From Candidatus Gottesmanbacteria bacterium (lineage in GTDB: Bacteria; Patescibacteriota; Microgenomatia; UBA10105; UBA927), in assembly GCA_963711735.1 (NCBI GenBank), contig CAVQFA010000003.1, positions 375,830 to 439,829 of the forward strand: a stretch of DNA of 64,000 nucleotides. Reading direction: 5' to 3'. The notes under the pieces were generated by a model. The model had not been told where the DNA came from and did not search any database. It saw nothing but the letters and a program-made list of their open reading frames with translations. The translations under genes were made by a program, and so were the position numbers. Of the stretch, positions 29,184 to 37,205 are shown in pieces (the first letter of the stretch is position 1; each line of letters opens with the position of its first letter).

Positions 29184-31139
29184 TTATTCCAATACAATTC
29201 CGGTATAAAAATATTTCCACCTGCTTAAAAACTCCGCGGTTGTGAGTTCGTAGGAACCTCTCCACGGATCATTGACAGACAGGTGCGTAGGGTTTGCAGC
29301 AGATCCTTTAAATCCTGTTACGATATACGAATGCATGCCATTGACCGCTTTTATGACAGTTCCGTCCCCTGCAGTCCATGAAACATCATGCGGATCAGAC
29401 CATCCGTTCTGGCTCCAGATCATGACGGGATTTCCTTTTACTATCTCCGCGGTAATTCCGGTTATATTCCATGATGTGTATAGCCGCGTTTTTCCGTATG
29501 AATTCAGTACTTTTTCAATAGGCTCCCAGTATGTACCGTAACTTGCGACGTACCCTTTATGCGGATTTCCCGATCCGCGGACACCCGAAGAACCGATTTT
29601 TGATTTTAAATCATTCTCGGTTATGAAAATATTTTTATGTGCAAGAAGCATTCGTGTTGCAGCGATGTTGCAGGTAAAAAGTTCTTCCTGATGTATCAAA
29701 GGAATATGCAGGAGGTATTGTTCATCCTGTGTCGTAAATGACACCCGCATGTCATCCGCAGAAGGTAAACCGTATACTCCGGACATCCCTTTGGGGAATG
29801 TTACCGTATACCGGGTGGAAAATTTCATAGGGATTGACGGAGTCATAGTAATAATATTTCCCTCCCATGTTATTTTTTTCTGAAACGGCGGAGAAACGGA
29901 TACACGGGACTCAATGAGTTCTTTATCGATTGCCTGATTAAACGTAAATGTGAGTGGTGAGGTTACGGGGATAGTCACGCTGTCATTGGCGGGGTTGGAT
30001 TTAGTAAGCAATAGAGAGCCAACCGTCGTAAACGCGTGTGTTACATCAGATTCAATAGCACCGCCGCTTGTGTTTTTTATGCCGCTTTTGATCGTGAGCG
30101 TATACGCAGTACTTTTTGCAAGCGCTTCATTCGGTGTGAATGTGAGGATGGATCCGCTGAAGTCCCAGTTATATGATCCGTTTACCGGAGGGGTCAGACT
30201 GACACGGTTTTCGGCACTTTCCTTATCCATTGTATCGTCAAAATATATGCGTATTGTTTCATTAGGGAGAACTGATGTGCCTTCCGGATAGATAGCCCGG
30301 ATGAGAGGCGGCCGGACGGTTGTAAATGTCAGCGTTTCTATTTCTTTTATTTCTCCTTTTGAGATAGTCCTGCCGCTCGTTATGTCGTATACCACGGGAG
30401 CTTGTTTGAGATGTACGGTATAGGTTGTCCCCTGCGTAAGTTGTTTGTCAAACATGAGTGTGGCGGTTTGACCATCCGTATACTGTAACCGGAACTGTTC
30501 TTCCGGTATGACGGCAGCTTCCATATACGACGCCTTGCCCGCTGGTGATGCAAGCTGGAATTGTATTTTGGTGTTTGGCTGTATGTCTGTTGCCCCTTTG
30601 GCAATATTTGCTGAAACGGAGGTTGATATGGGCGGAGCGTTAAATTCTAGTAAATACTCGCTTCCGAAATCACGGGAATATGCCGGAGTGATATTCGCTG
30701 CATATATCATAATTTTTTCACCGGGAGTATATGAAATTTTCGGGTAGTACGTTACGGTCCGCGCAAAAGGTAATATTCCCAGGTATTTGTTTGCGACAAA
30801 TGCACCTTGTGTGTCCGGTGCGCTGTGAAGGGTAAGTTTCCGTATGTCCACCGGCGCGTCGAATGTAATTACAACCGGAGTATCGTACGCTGCAACCGTG
30901 CTGTTTTTGACGGGACTCGTGGATGATACGTGCGGTTTTATGGATAATAAGCGTATCACGTTGTTAAAAGAAACAGTAATAAAAAGGATAAGAAGAATTG
31001 CGGGAAACAGATTATGTAATTGCCTGTTTTTTATTGTTTGAACGCATAAACGGCAAAAAAGTCCGACGGATACCAACCCAAAAAGGGCAGCGAGATAAAA
31101 AAGTACTTCAAATGGTACGGATGTTGTTAATCGTTCCAT
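29184..31139 (-). CDS. Membrane-anchored protein with four Ig-like (Big_5-type) domains and a C39-like peptidase domain
   Basis: Repeated P....I...F...(M/I)D modules; Q...TCNIAA (Cys), MHSYIVTGF (His), VNDPW (Asp). Confidence 0.8.
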   Translation of the reverse strand: MERLTTSVPFEVLFYLAALFGLVSVGLFCRLCVQTIKNRQLHNLFPAILLILFITVSFNNVIRLLSIKPHVSSTSPVKNSTVAAYDTPVVITFDAPVDIRKLTLHSAPDTQGAFVANKYLGILPFARTVTYYPKISYTPGEKIMIYAANITPAYSRDFGSEYLLEFNAPPISTSVSANIAKGATDIQPNTKIQFQLASPAGKASYMEAAVIPEEQFRLQYTDGQTATLMFDKQLTQGTTYTVHLKQAPVVYDITSGRTISKGEIKEIETLTFTTVRPPLIRAIYPEGTSVLPNETIRIYFDDTMDKESAENRVSLTPPVNGSYNWDFSGSILTFTPNEALAKSTAYTLTIKSGIKNTSGGAIESDVTHAFTTVGSLLLTKSNPANDSVTIPVTSPLTFTFNQAIDKELIESRVSVSPPFQKKITWEGNIITMTPSIPMKFSTRYTVTFPKGMSGVYGLPSADDMRVSFTTQDEQYLLHIPLIHQEELFTCNIAATRMLLAHKNIFITENDLKSKIGSSGVRGSGNPHKGYVASYGTYWEPIEKVLNSYGKTRLYTSWNITGITAEIVKGNPVMIWSQNGWSDPHDVSWTAGDGTVIKAVNGMHSYIVTGFKGSAANPTHLSVNDPWRGSYELTTAEFLSRWKYFYTGIVLE

Positions 31140-33553
31140 GCAGAATATATTCTGGATACTGTCGTATATATAACCGGGCCCATATCTCTTACAAACAGAT
31201 ATTGATCAATTTGTGAGAGCACATTCTCCGCTTTCGGAAATTCCGTTCCCGCCCATTTAGGATGGCTGGTGAAGACGATTGAAACGGGAGCATTTACGGG
31301 GTCACCGGAAAAATTATCCCGGTAACGGGCAAGGAGTGCCGTGCTGTCGGATTCATACGTGTTTCCGCCGTTATTGGGAATTTCAAAGATTGTTAAATTA
31401 TCCGTACTGCTTTTGTTTTGATCCCAAATCGACGGGAAGTATGGTTGAGAACGGGAATTCAGATTCCACGGACTGGTATAAGATCCGTTCCACATGACAT
31501 GATCTCTTCCTGATGTATCATAGAGAAATCCGAGTTTGGAAAGTACGGATAGCGTATTTTCATCTGCAAACCACCCTCCCGCACGGAATCCGGGCGGTTT
31601 TCCGAATCCGTTTTTTTCAAATTCCTGTATGGAGAACGACAATATTTTTTCCAGCTCGTCTTTGGAGTATGCTGTCAGAAGTACATCATATCCGTCCGCG
31701 TTTTTATAGCCCCAGCGCGGAGTAGTTTTGGTGACTACACCCGCAGCACGGATAAAATCAAACTGGGCATGTATGTGAAGACTTATTTCATCACGGGATA
31801 GTAATTGGCGGTTGGTAAGCCATCTTGTGAGTGCGTCGACTTGTGCATTTGATGTCAGCCAGACCATTGGGTGAAAAAATTGCGTAAACGGTATTGCGTA
31901 GTGCTTCATGGAAAGCGTATCGATATTCTTAAGCGTTGACTCCGGAACAGTATCTCCCTCCCAATCCAACGTCCATGCGACATACACCGGTTTTGAAACT
32001 ATCAGATATTTCGATGCACCGGAAACCGTAATATTCCCCGGTAATTGTTTTATAACTTCGAGCGTATACAATCCGGACGGTATACCGGAAAGATCGATGG
32101 TTTTTTCGATGATTTGTTTTTTGGGATTGAGAGTGCCTTTGATATCCGTGTTTTTTATTTCATATGTGTACGTAAATTGCCCTGATAGTTGTGGAAGAAG
32201 TGTTGTGTTTTCTCCGGTATCAACAGAGAACTGTAATATGGAGTCAGCGGCAGTTTTGGTACCCACAAGAAACCACGTCCTGTTGGTTTTCAGTGAGATG
32301 GGTTTGATAATTATCTCGGAAACCGGAGTGATAATGTTTACTTTCATACTGTCCCCGTATGGTGATGATGATTTGTTCAGAATCGGAGGAACGAGAGAGA
32401 CGAAACACGCGACGAGAAAAAGTATGAGATGCCTTTTCTTTATCCGGGTGTGTCTTTCATGAATTGACACTAATGATCGTAACGCCAGCGCCGGACGTTC
32501 AAGAGAAAAGATTGTCAGGATTGCACTGAGAAACAGAAGAACAATATAAAGACAAAGTACGGAAACAGGATCAGAAAACTGACGGTTTACCATGATCTTG
32601 TACATGAACAAAAGGAGAATATGTCCGATATAGAAATCAAACGGTCTCCGCCCCGTAAACTGTATCCATGCAGAGAGTGGTTGAATGAGTTGCATGTTTT
32701 TTACAAGGTACCCGAGCGCCTTCACCATAAACACCCCGGCAAGTCCGAGAGATATAAATCCTATTGAAGGCGGCCAGCGCATGGAGGGATTGAGAACGGG
32801 GGACGGATATATATACTGTAGAATATATCCGGAAATTGCAATTATTCCGAAAAACACGCTTGCTGATACGGAGAGAGTGAAGTGTCGCAATCGGGATGAA
32901 ATAGTCAGCATGTACCGTTTCCATAAAAAGCCGAGGATGAAAACGGGAGCATACTGAAGGATTGGAAATCTGAGCAGTCCTTCATTTCCGGCAAATATCG
33001 CTTTTAGATTTGACCATGGGTAAACCAAATGTAAACCGTAGAGGAAATACCCCAACAGTAAAGATCCGATAGTTACAGCCAGTGCGTAAGCCGGTTTTTT
33101 GAATGACCGGAATATCCCAAGCAAAAGTATTGGTGCGAGAAAGACGAAAAACAGAAACGGAAGAAGAAATTCAGTGAAAGAAGGGACACGGATAAATAAG
33201 AGTATTTCCGTAATATGCCGGATGCTTTCGTAAAGAGATGTATGCACCTGTTCGGATATATAACTTGTAAAAGCAACGGTGTAATATCCGGCAAGGAGAA
33301 TGGTAAACCGCCGGAGTGTCCGGGAAACAATTTCAGATTGTTTAGAACCGTAAGAATTTTTCCGGACTATATAACTGGAAGCACCCATTGCAAACAAAAA
33401 TGCGGTAAACGAAAATGTGTTTGAGAGTTTTGCAGCGGCCACAAGTACGGCGTTTGATCCGTTATAGAAAAAATAGAGGGCGTGGGAAAGGATCATTGTG
33501 AGTATTGCCGATCCTTTCAGAAAGTCGATCGTTGTATCACGGATTTTCTGCAT
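31127..33553 (-). CDS. OpgC/acyltransferase-like multi-TM domain fused to a polysaccharide-deacetylase-like domain
   Basis: RD.TIDFLKG..IL.MILSH, RWPPS, FYIGH; C-terminal WTLDWEG, EISLHIH, GFRAGGW, GFLYDTS, SHP. Confidence 0.7.
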   Translation of the reverse strand: MQKIRDTTIDFLKGSAILTMILSHALYFFYNGSNAVLVAAAKLSNTFSFTAFLFAMGASSYIVRKNSYGSKQSEIVSRTLRRFTILLAGYYTVAFTSYISEQVHTSLYESIRHITEILLFIRVPSFTEFLLPFLFFVFLAPILLLGIFRSFKKPAYALAVTIGSLLLGYFLYGLHLVYPWSNLKAIFAGNEGLLRFPILQYAPVFILGFLWKRYMLTISSRLRHFTLSVSASVFFGIIAISGYILQYIYPSPVLNPSMRWPPSIGFISLGLAGVFMVKALGYLVKNMQLIQPLSAWIQFTGRRPFDFYIGHILLLFMYKIMVNRQFSDPVSVLCLYIVLLFLSAILTIFSLERPALALRSLVSIHERHTRIKKRHLILFLVACFVSLVPPILNKSSSPYGDSMKVNIITPVSEIIIKPISLKTNRTWFLVGTKTAADSILQFSVDTGENTTLLPQLSGQFTYTYEIKNTDIKGTLNPKKQIIEKTIDLSGIPSGLYTLEVIKQLPGNITVSGASKYLIVSKPVYVAWTLDWEGDTVPESTLKNIDTLSMKHYAIPFTQFFHPMVWLTSNAQVDALTRWLTNRQLLSRDEISLHIHAQFDFIRAAGVVTKTTPRWGYKNADGYDVLLTAYSKDELEKILSFSIQEFEKNGFGKPPGFRAGGWFADENTLSVLSKLGFLYDTSGRDHVMWNGSYTSPWNLNSRSQPYFPSIWDQNKSSTDNLTIFEIPNNGGNTYESDSTALLARYRDNFSGDPVNAPVSIVFTSHPKWAGTEFPKAENVLSQIDQYLFVRDMGPVIYTTVSRIYSAWND

Positions 33554-33635
33554 ATTTATATTATTGTAGATTATTCAGTAATAATCTTCATACCGGCAGG
33601 ATATGATGATGCAAATTTTCCCTGAGGAAGTAGCT

Positions 33636-34244
33636 TTAAAATAAGGAGAACTGTTTGCTCTGATCAGGAGGAGGTTTGGGGTAGGAAAAGTCCACGGCTA
33701 TTTCCCGTACCGCATTCCATTTATCGGTATACTTCAGATGTTTATGTGTAAATCCGAAATCATATAGATCCCGGGTTAACAAAACGTCTGCCTCGCAGTA
33801 TTTCCGTAATTTTTCCAGGCTTTCCGGATCCCCTTTACGGAAATACTGTACAGCATTGGTTCCTACGTCAGTCTTGTCGGATTTGAGGGTGTTTCGGGCA
33901 AGCTCGCTTAAGCTGATACGCCTTCCAATTCGGTTTTTTACTATATCCATGAGGTCGAAATGCCTGAGTTTTGCAAAAGTTTGCGGGGCATATGGGGACA
34001 GCGCCGGTACATCAAAGTTGAACGAATTAAATCCGATTATCCGGTCTGCGTCTTCAAAGAGTTTCCACATTTTGGGTAATTCATGCTCCCAGAACGAAGT
34101 CATCGCTTCATGCTGCATGGAACCTGCGTCTGTCAGTCTTCTGTAAACGGACACTATGGATACACCCAAATCAGCGGGGTTGGAAGATTCTGCTTCGCGG
34201 AACAGTTGTTTGGTTTCAACATCAAAAACTACTTCAATTATCAT
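33636..34244 (-). CDS. RNase H-like/DEDD 3'-5' exonuclease (YprB/RNase_H_2-like)
   Basis: VFDVET, IGFNSFNFD, HFDL, YCEADV. Confidence 0.85.
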   Translation of the reverse strand: MIIEVVFDVETKQLFREAESSNPADLGVSIVSVYRRLTDAGSMQHEAMTSFWEHELPKMWKLFEDADRIIGFNSFNFDVPALSPYAPQTFAKLRHFDLMDIVKNRIGRRISLSELARNTLKSDKTDVGTNAVQYFRKGDPESLEKLRKYCEADVLLTRDLYDFGFTHKHLKYTDKWNAVREIAVDFSYPKPPPDQSKQFSLF

Positions 34245-34404
34245 AGGAGCAAATTCCTATCATATCACGTATCGGATGTTTTGTCTGATACCGGGTGTGC
34301 GTATTACTATACCGCACAGATAACTCGGGAAGCAACCGTAACGTCGGGACAAAAAGACGCGCACAGTGTTAGCGGCATTTACTGAATCACAAAAAGAAAT
34401 CCGG

Positions 34405-35040
34405 TTATAATCCCACGGACTGATCTTCGGACTGGGATGGTGCTTCACTTCCTGACGTGTCTGTTGTCTTATCCTGCAGCGTGATATTTATTGATGTTTC
34501 TTTATCCTCTTTGTTCTTTAGAACCATGACGCTTCCTTCCAGATTACCTTTAGTTACCCCCCACGTTGTTGTCGTATCAAGCGTCATTGTGTTACTTATA
34601 GTCCATCCCCGGGATGGCAAGTTCGTTTTATAAAATGCGGTCACCTTTATTAGATCGTCCGTGGACGTCATGACAATCCAGAACCCTGTGGCGGTGTCGT
34701 TTCCGGACATCGATCCCTTTACCGTTGCACCGGGATAAAGCGGGAAATCTTTAGGAAACGTATCCGGAAGTTCCTGGCTTCCGCCGACACTTATGGATTT
34801 ACCGGTATCTTTGTCTGTAAACGTAAGCTGTTCTTTATCGGTGTTTATGGACAGACCGGTTTTACTTTCGATTCCCTTTTTCAGAAGTCCGGCTCCGAAG
34901 CGGGAAAACAGTACTTTTCCTGCAATGGAAAGAATTATGCCGGTCACGACAAGAAGTCCGATGCATCCTATTCCGACTATTGCGATAACAGGAAGTTTTT
35001 TTGATTGTTTTGGTGAATCTGCTGTTTTAATTTCTTCCAT
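34405..35040 (-). CDS. Membrane-anchored hypothetical protein
   Basis: AAGGAG SD; N-terminal TM; LPDTFPKDFPLYPGA..FYK..L...GW motif. Confidence 0.75.
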   Translation of the reverse strand: MEEIKTADSPKQSKKLPVIAIVGIGCIGLLVVTGIILSIAGKVLFSRFGAGLLKKGIESKTGLSINTDKEQLTFTDKDTGKSISVGGSQELPDTFPKDFPLYPGATVKGSMSGNDTATGFWIVMTSTDDLIKVTAFYKTNLPSRGWTISNTMTLDTTTTWGVTKGNLEGSVMVLKNKEDKETSINITLQDKTTDTSGSEAPSQSEDQSVGL

Positions 35041-35125
35041 ATAACTCCTTTCAGAATGACTCTATTACCTATAAGGTATACTGTTTTTTCTATTGTGCCA
35101 AGTAGGAGTAAGAATGTGAGCCTTC

Positions 35126-35154
35126 TTGACGTAAATACGCCCATAACCTACGAT
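35126..35154 (+). promoter_or_regulatory. Sigma70-type promoter TTGACG-N17-TACGAT
   Basis: Near-consensus hexamers, 8 nt before ATG 35163. Confidence 0.6.
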
Positions 35155-35162
35155 ACAGGTAT

Positions 35163-36014
35163 ATGGCACAAACATACGTTCCTTTTCCGAAAATTCCGGC
35201 AGGGATTATATCAGTTATCGGTATCGTGATACTTTTATTTATCCTTTTTCGTTCGACAGCAATATTTGTTCCTCCCGGGTATACGGGCGTTGTGTATGAC
35301 CGTGGTGTCGGAGTTCTGAAAACTCCTTTGAAAGAAGGATTGCATTTTGCGATACCTTTCTGGCAAACCGTCGTATTTTTTGACACGCGTCTGCAGGAAT
35401 ACACCATGTCTATGGCACCGGATGAAGGAGCGGTGAAGCGTGATGATTCCCTTGACGCACCGACGAATGATGGCCAGCAGGTAAAAGTTGATGCAACGGT
35501 TCTTTTCCGCGTAGATCCGGATCGGACACCGCTCATTCTTCGGGAAATCGGAACTGATTATGTAGACAAACTGATCCGTCCTATCTCACGAAGTCAGATC
35601 CGTATGGTTATTTCACGCTATAATGCTATAGCAATTTATTCGGAGAGGCGTCAGGAGGCAGAAAACGTGATGACAAAAGAAATCGCCGCACTTCTTAAGC
35701 CCAAGTACATCATACTTGATAAAGTACTTCTGAGGACTGTCAATTTTTCGCCGGAATACTCAAATGCCATTGAAGCAAAAGTGATAGCGGAGCAGAAGAT
35801 TAAGCAGGCGGAATTTGAAGTAAAAGAAGCCTCACAAAGGGCGGAAGCAAAAGTTATAGAAGCAAAAGGTCTTGCTGAAGCACAACTTTTACAGAGACAG
35901 ACATTAACCGCTGAATATCTCCAGCTCGAAGCGATCAAAAAGTGGGACGGACATCTGTCACAAGTGCTCGGAAGCGGAGCTACACCTTTTTTTAACCTAC
36001 AACTCAAACCGTAA
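35163..36014 (+). CDS. SPFH/prohibitin (band 7) family protein
   Basis: TM, GLHFAIPFWQ, AIEAKVIAEQ..AEF, EAKGLAEA, AIKKWDG. Confidence 0.92.
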   Translation: MAQTYVPFPKIPAGIISVIGIVILLFILFRSTAIFVPPGYTGVVYDRGVGVLKTPLKEGLHFAIPFWQTVVFFDTRLQEYTMSMAPDEGAVKRDDSLDAPTNDGQQVKVDATVLFRVDPDRTPLILREIGTDYVDKLIRPISRSQIRMVISRYNAIAIYSERRQEAENVMTKEIAALLKPKYIILDKVLLRTVNFSPEYSNAIEAKVIAEQKIKQAEFEVKEASQRAEAKVIEAKGLAEAQLLQRQTLTAEYLQLEAIKKWDGHLSQVLGSGATPFFNLQLKP

Positions 36015-36596
36015 TCAGCGAAGCAGATGAGTCGTAATAAAAGTGTAGATAAGCGGATACCGTATATAAATAATGTAGCCGGTGAGAATAACGAGCCCCG
36101 GAAATACTATTGATTTTTCAAAAAGTCCTCCGGTTTTAACCCTCAGAAATCTGAAAGGCGGAAACCCAATTCTTACGGGAATCGGAAATAACCAGGGGAC
36201 TCCTTCTTTGGTAAGTGAATCCATAATGAGATGCGACGCATACCCGATCATTATTGCCCACCAGATAATCTGCATATCTACAAGTATAAAAGATTTTGCG
36301 GCAGTGAGGACGTAATGAAGAATCATTCCTGCAATACTCATGCCGAGTATTGAATGCGAAACCATCCGGTGGTTGCCAAGCAGAGGATGAACGATTTTTC
36401 CGAGCAATGATCCTCCGGGGATTTTATCCCAAAAATCGCTCGTCGCATCATCTATATCAGGAAGGAGCCCACCTATCATATTTGCACCGAATGCAGTTAT
36501 TGCAGTTGCAACCGTCATCGTGGGCAGTATTGGAATATAAGCAACAGTGAGTGTCAGTGCGGTAAATGCAGCGAGATCATGGGTGCGTGAAGTCAT
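36015..36596 (-). CDS. YdjM-like membrane metal-dependent hydrolase
   Basis: TH, LLPDID, HRMVSHS, SHLIMDSLTKEGVPWLFP. Confidence 0.88.
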   Translation of the reverse strand: MTSRTHDLAAFTALTLTVAYIPILPTMTVATAITAFGANMIGGLLPDIDDATSDFWDKIPGGSLLGKIVHPLLGNHRMVSHSILGMSIAGMILHYVLTAAKSFILVDMQIIWWAIMIGYASHLIMDSLTKEGVPWLFPIPVRIGFPPFRFLRVKTGGLFEKSIVFPGLVILTGYIIYIRYPLIYTFITTHLLR

Positions 36597-36617
36597 GGTA
36601 GTAGTATAATACAGAAA

Positions 36618-37187
36618 ATGAAAAACGTATTAATTTTACACGGAGCAGGTAATAATTCCTCCGGAAATTGGTTTCCATGGTTAAAAGATGAACTTGAAAA
36701 GCGTGGTTTTGCTGTTTGGGTTCCTGATTTACCGAACGCTGACAGACCAAGTAAAAAATTGTGGCTCCAAACAGTATTTAATAATAAACAATGGAATTTT
36801 TCGGACCAAACAATTATAGTTGGACATTCTGCCGGTGCAACATTGATTCTGCGTATTCTCGAGAAGTTGCCAACGAATATAGTTATAGCAAAATCAATTC
36901 TCGTTGCAGGCCCAGTTGAACGCGGCACAAAGAAAGAATACTTTAAATATAAAGAGGATTTTGTAAGAGATCCGTTTCAATGGGAGAAAATCAAAAAATC
37001 CAGCAGGAAATTTTATTTATTTTATTCCGCTTCTGATATGTATGAATGTGGAATCGACCAGGGTAGAATAATTCATCAGCATGTTGGTGGAGAGTTGATA
37101 TTTAAACCCGACGAGGGACATTTTAATCTGGAAAAAGGGCAGCAGTATAAAAAATTTCCTCAACTGCTCGAAACAATACTTATATAA
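36618..37187 (+). CDS. RBBP9/YdeN-family alpha/beta hydrolase
   Basis: ILHG, NWFPWL, GHSAG nucleophile, GHFN. Confidence 0.88.
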   Translation: MKNVLILHGAGNNSSGNWFPWLKDELEKRGFAVWVPDLPNADRPSKKLWLQTVFNNKQWNFSDQTIIVGHSAGATLILRILEKLPTNIVIAKSILVAGPVERGTKKEYFKYKEDFVRDPFQWEKIKKSSRKFYLFYSASDMYECGIDQGRIIHQHVGGELIFKPDEGHFNLEKGQQYKKFPQLLETILI

Positions 37188-37205
37188 GTCAATAATTCCA
37201 GAACC

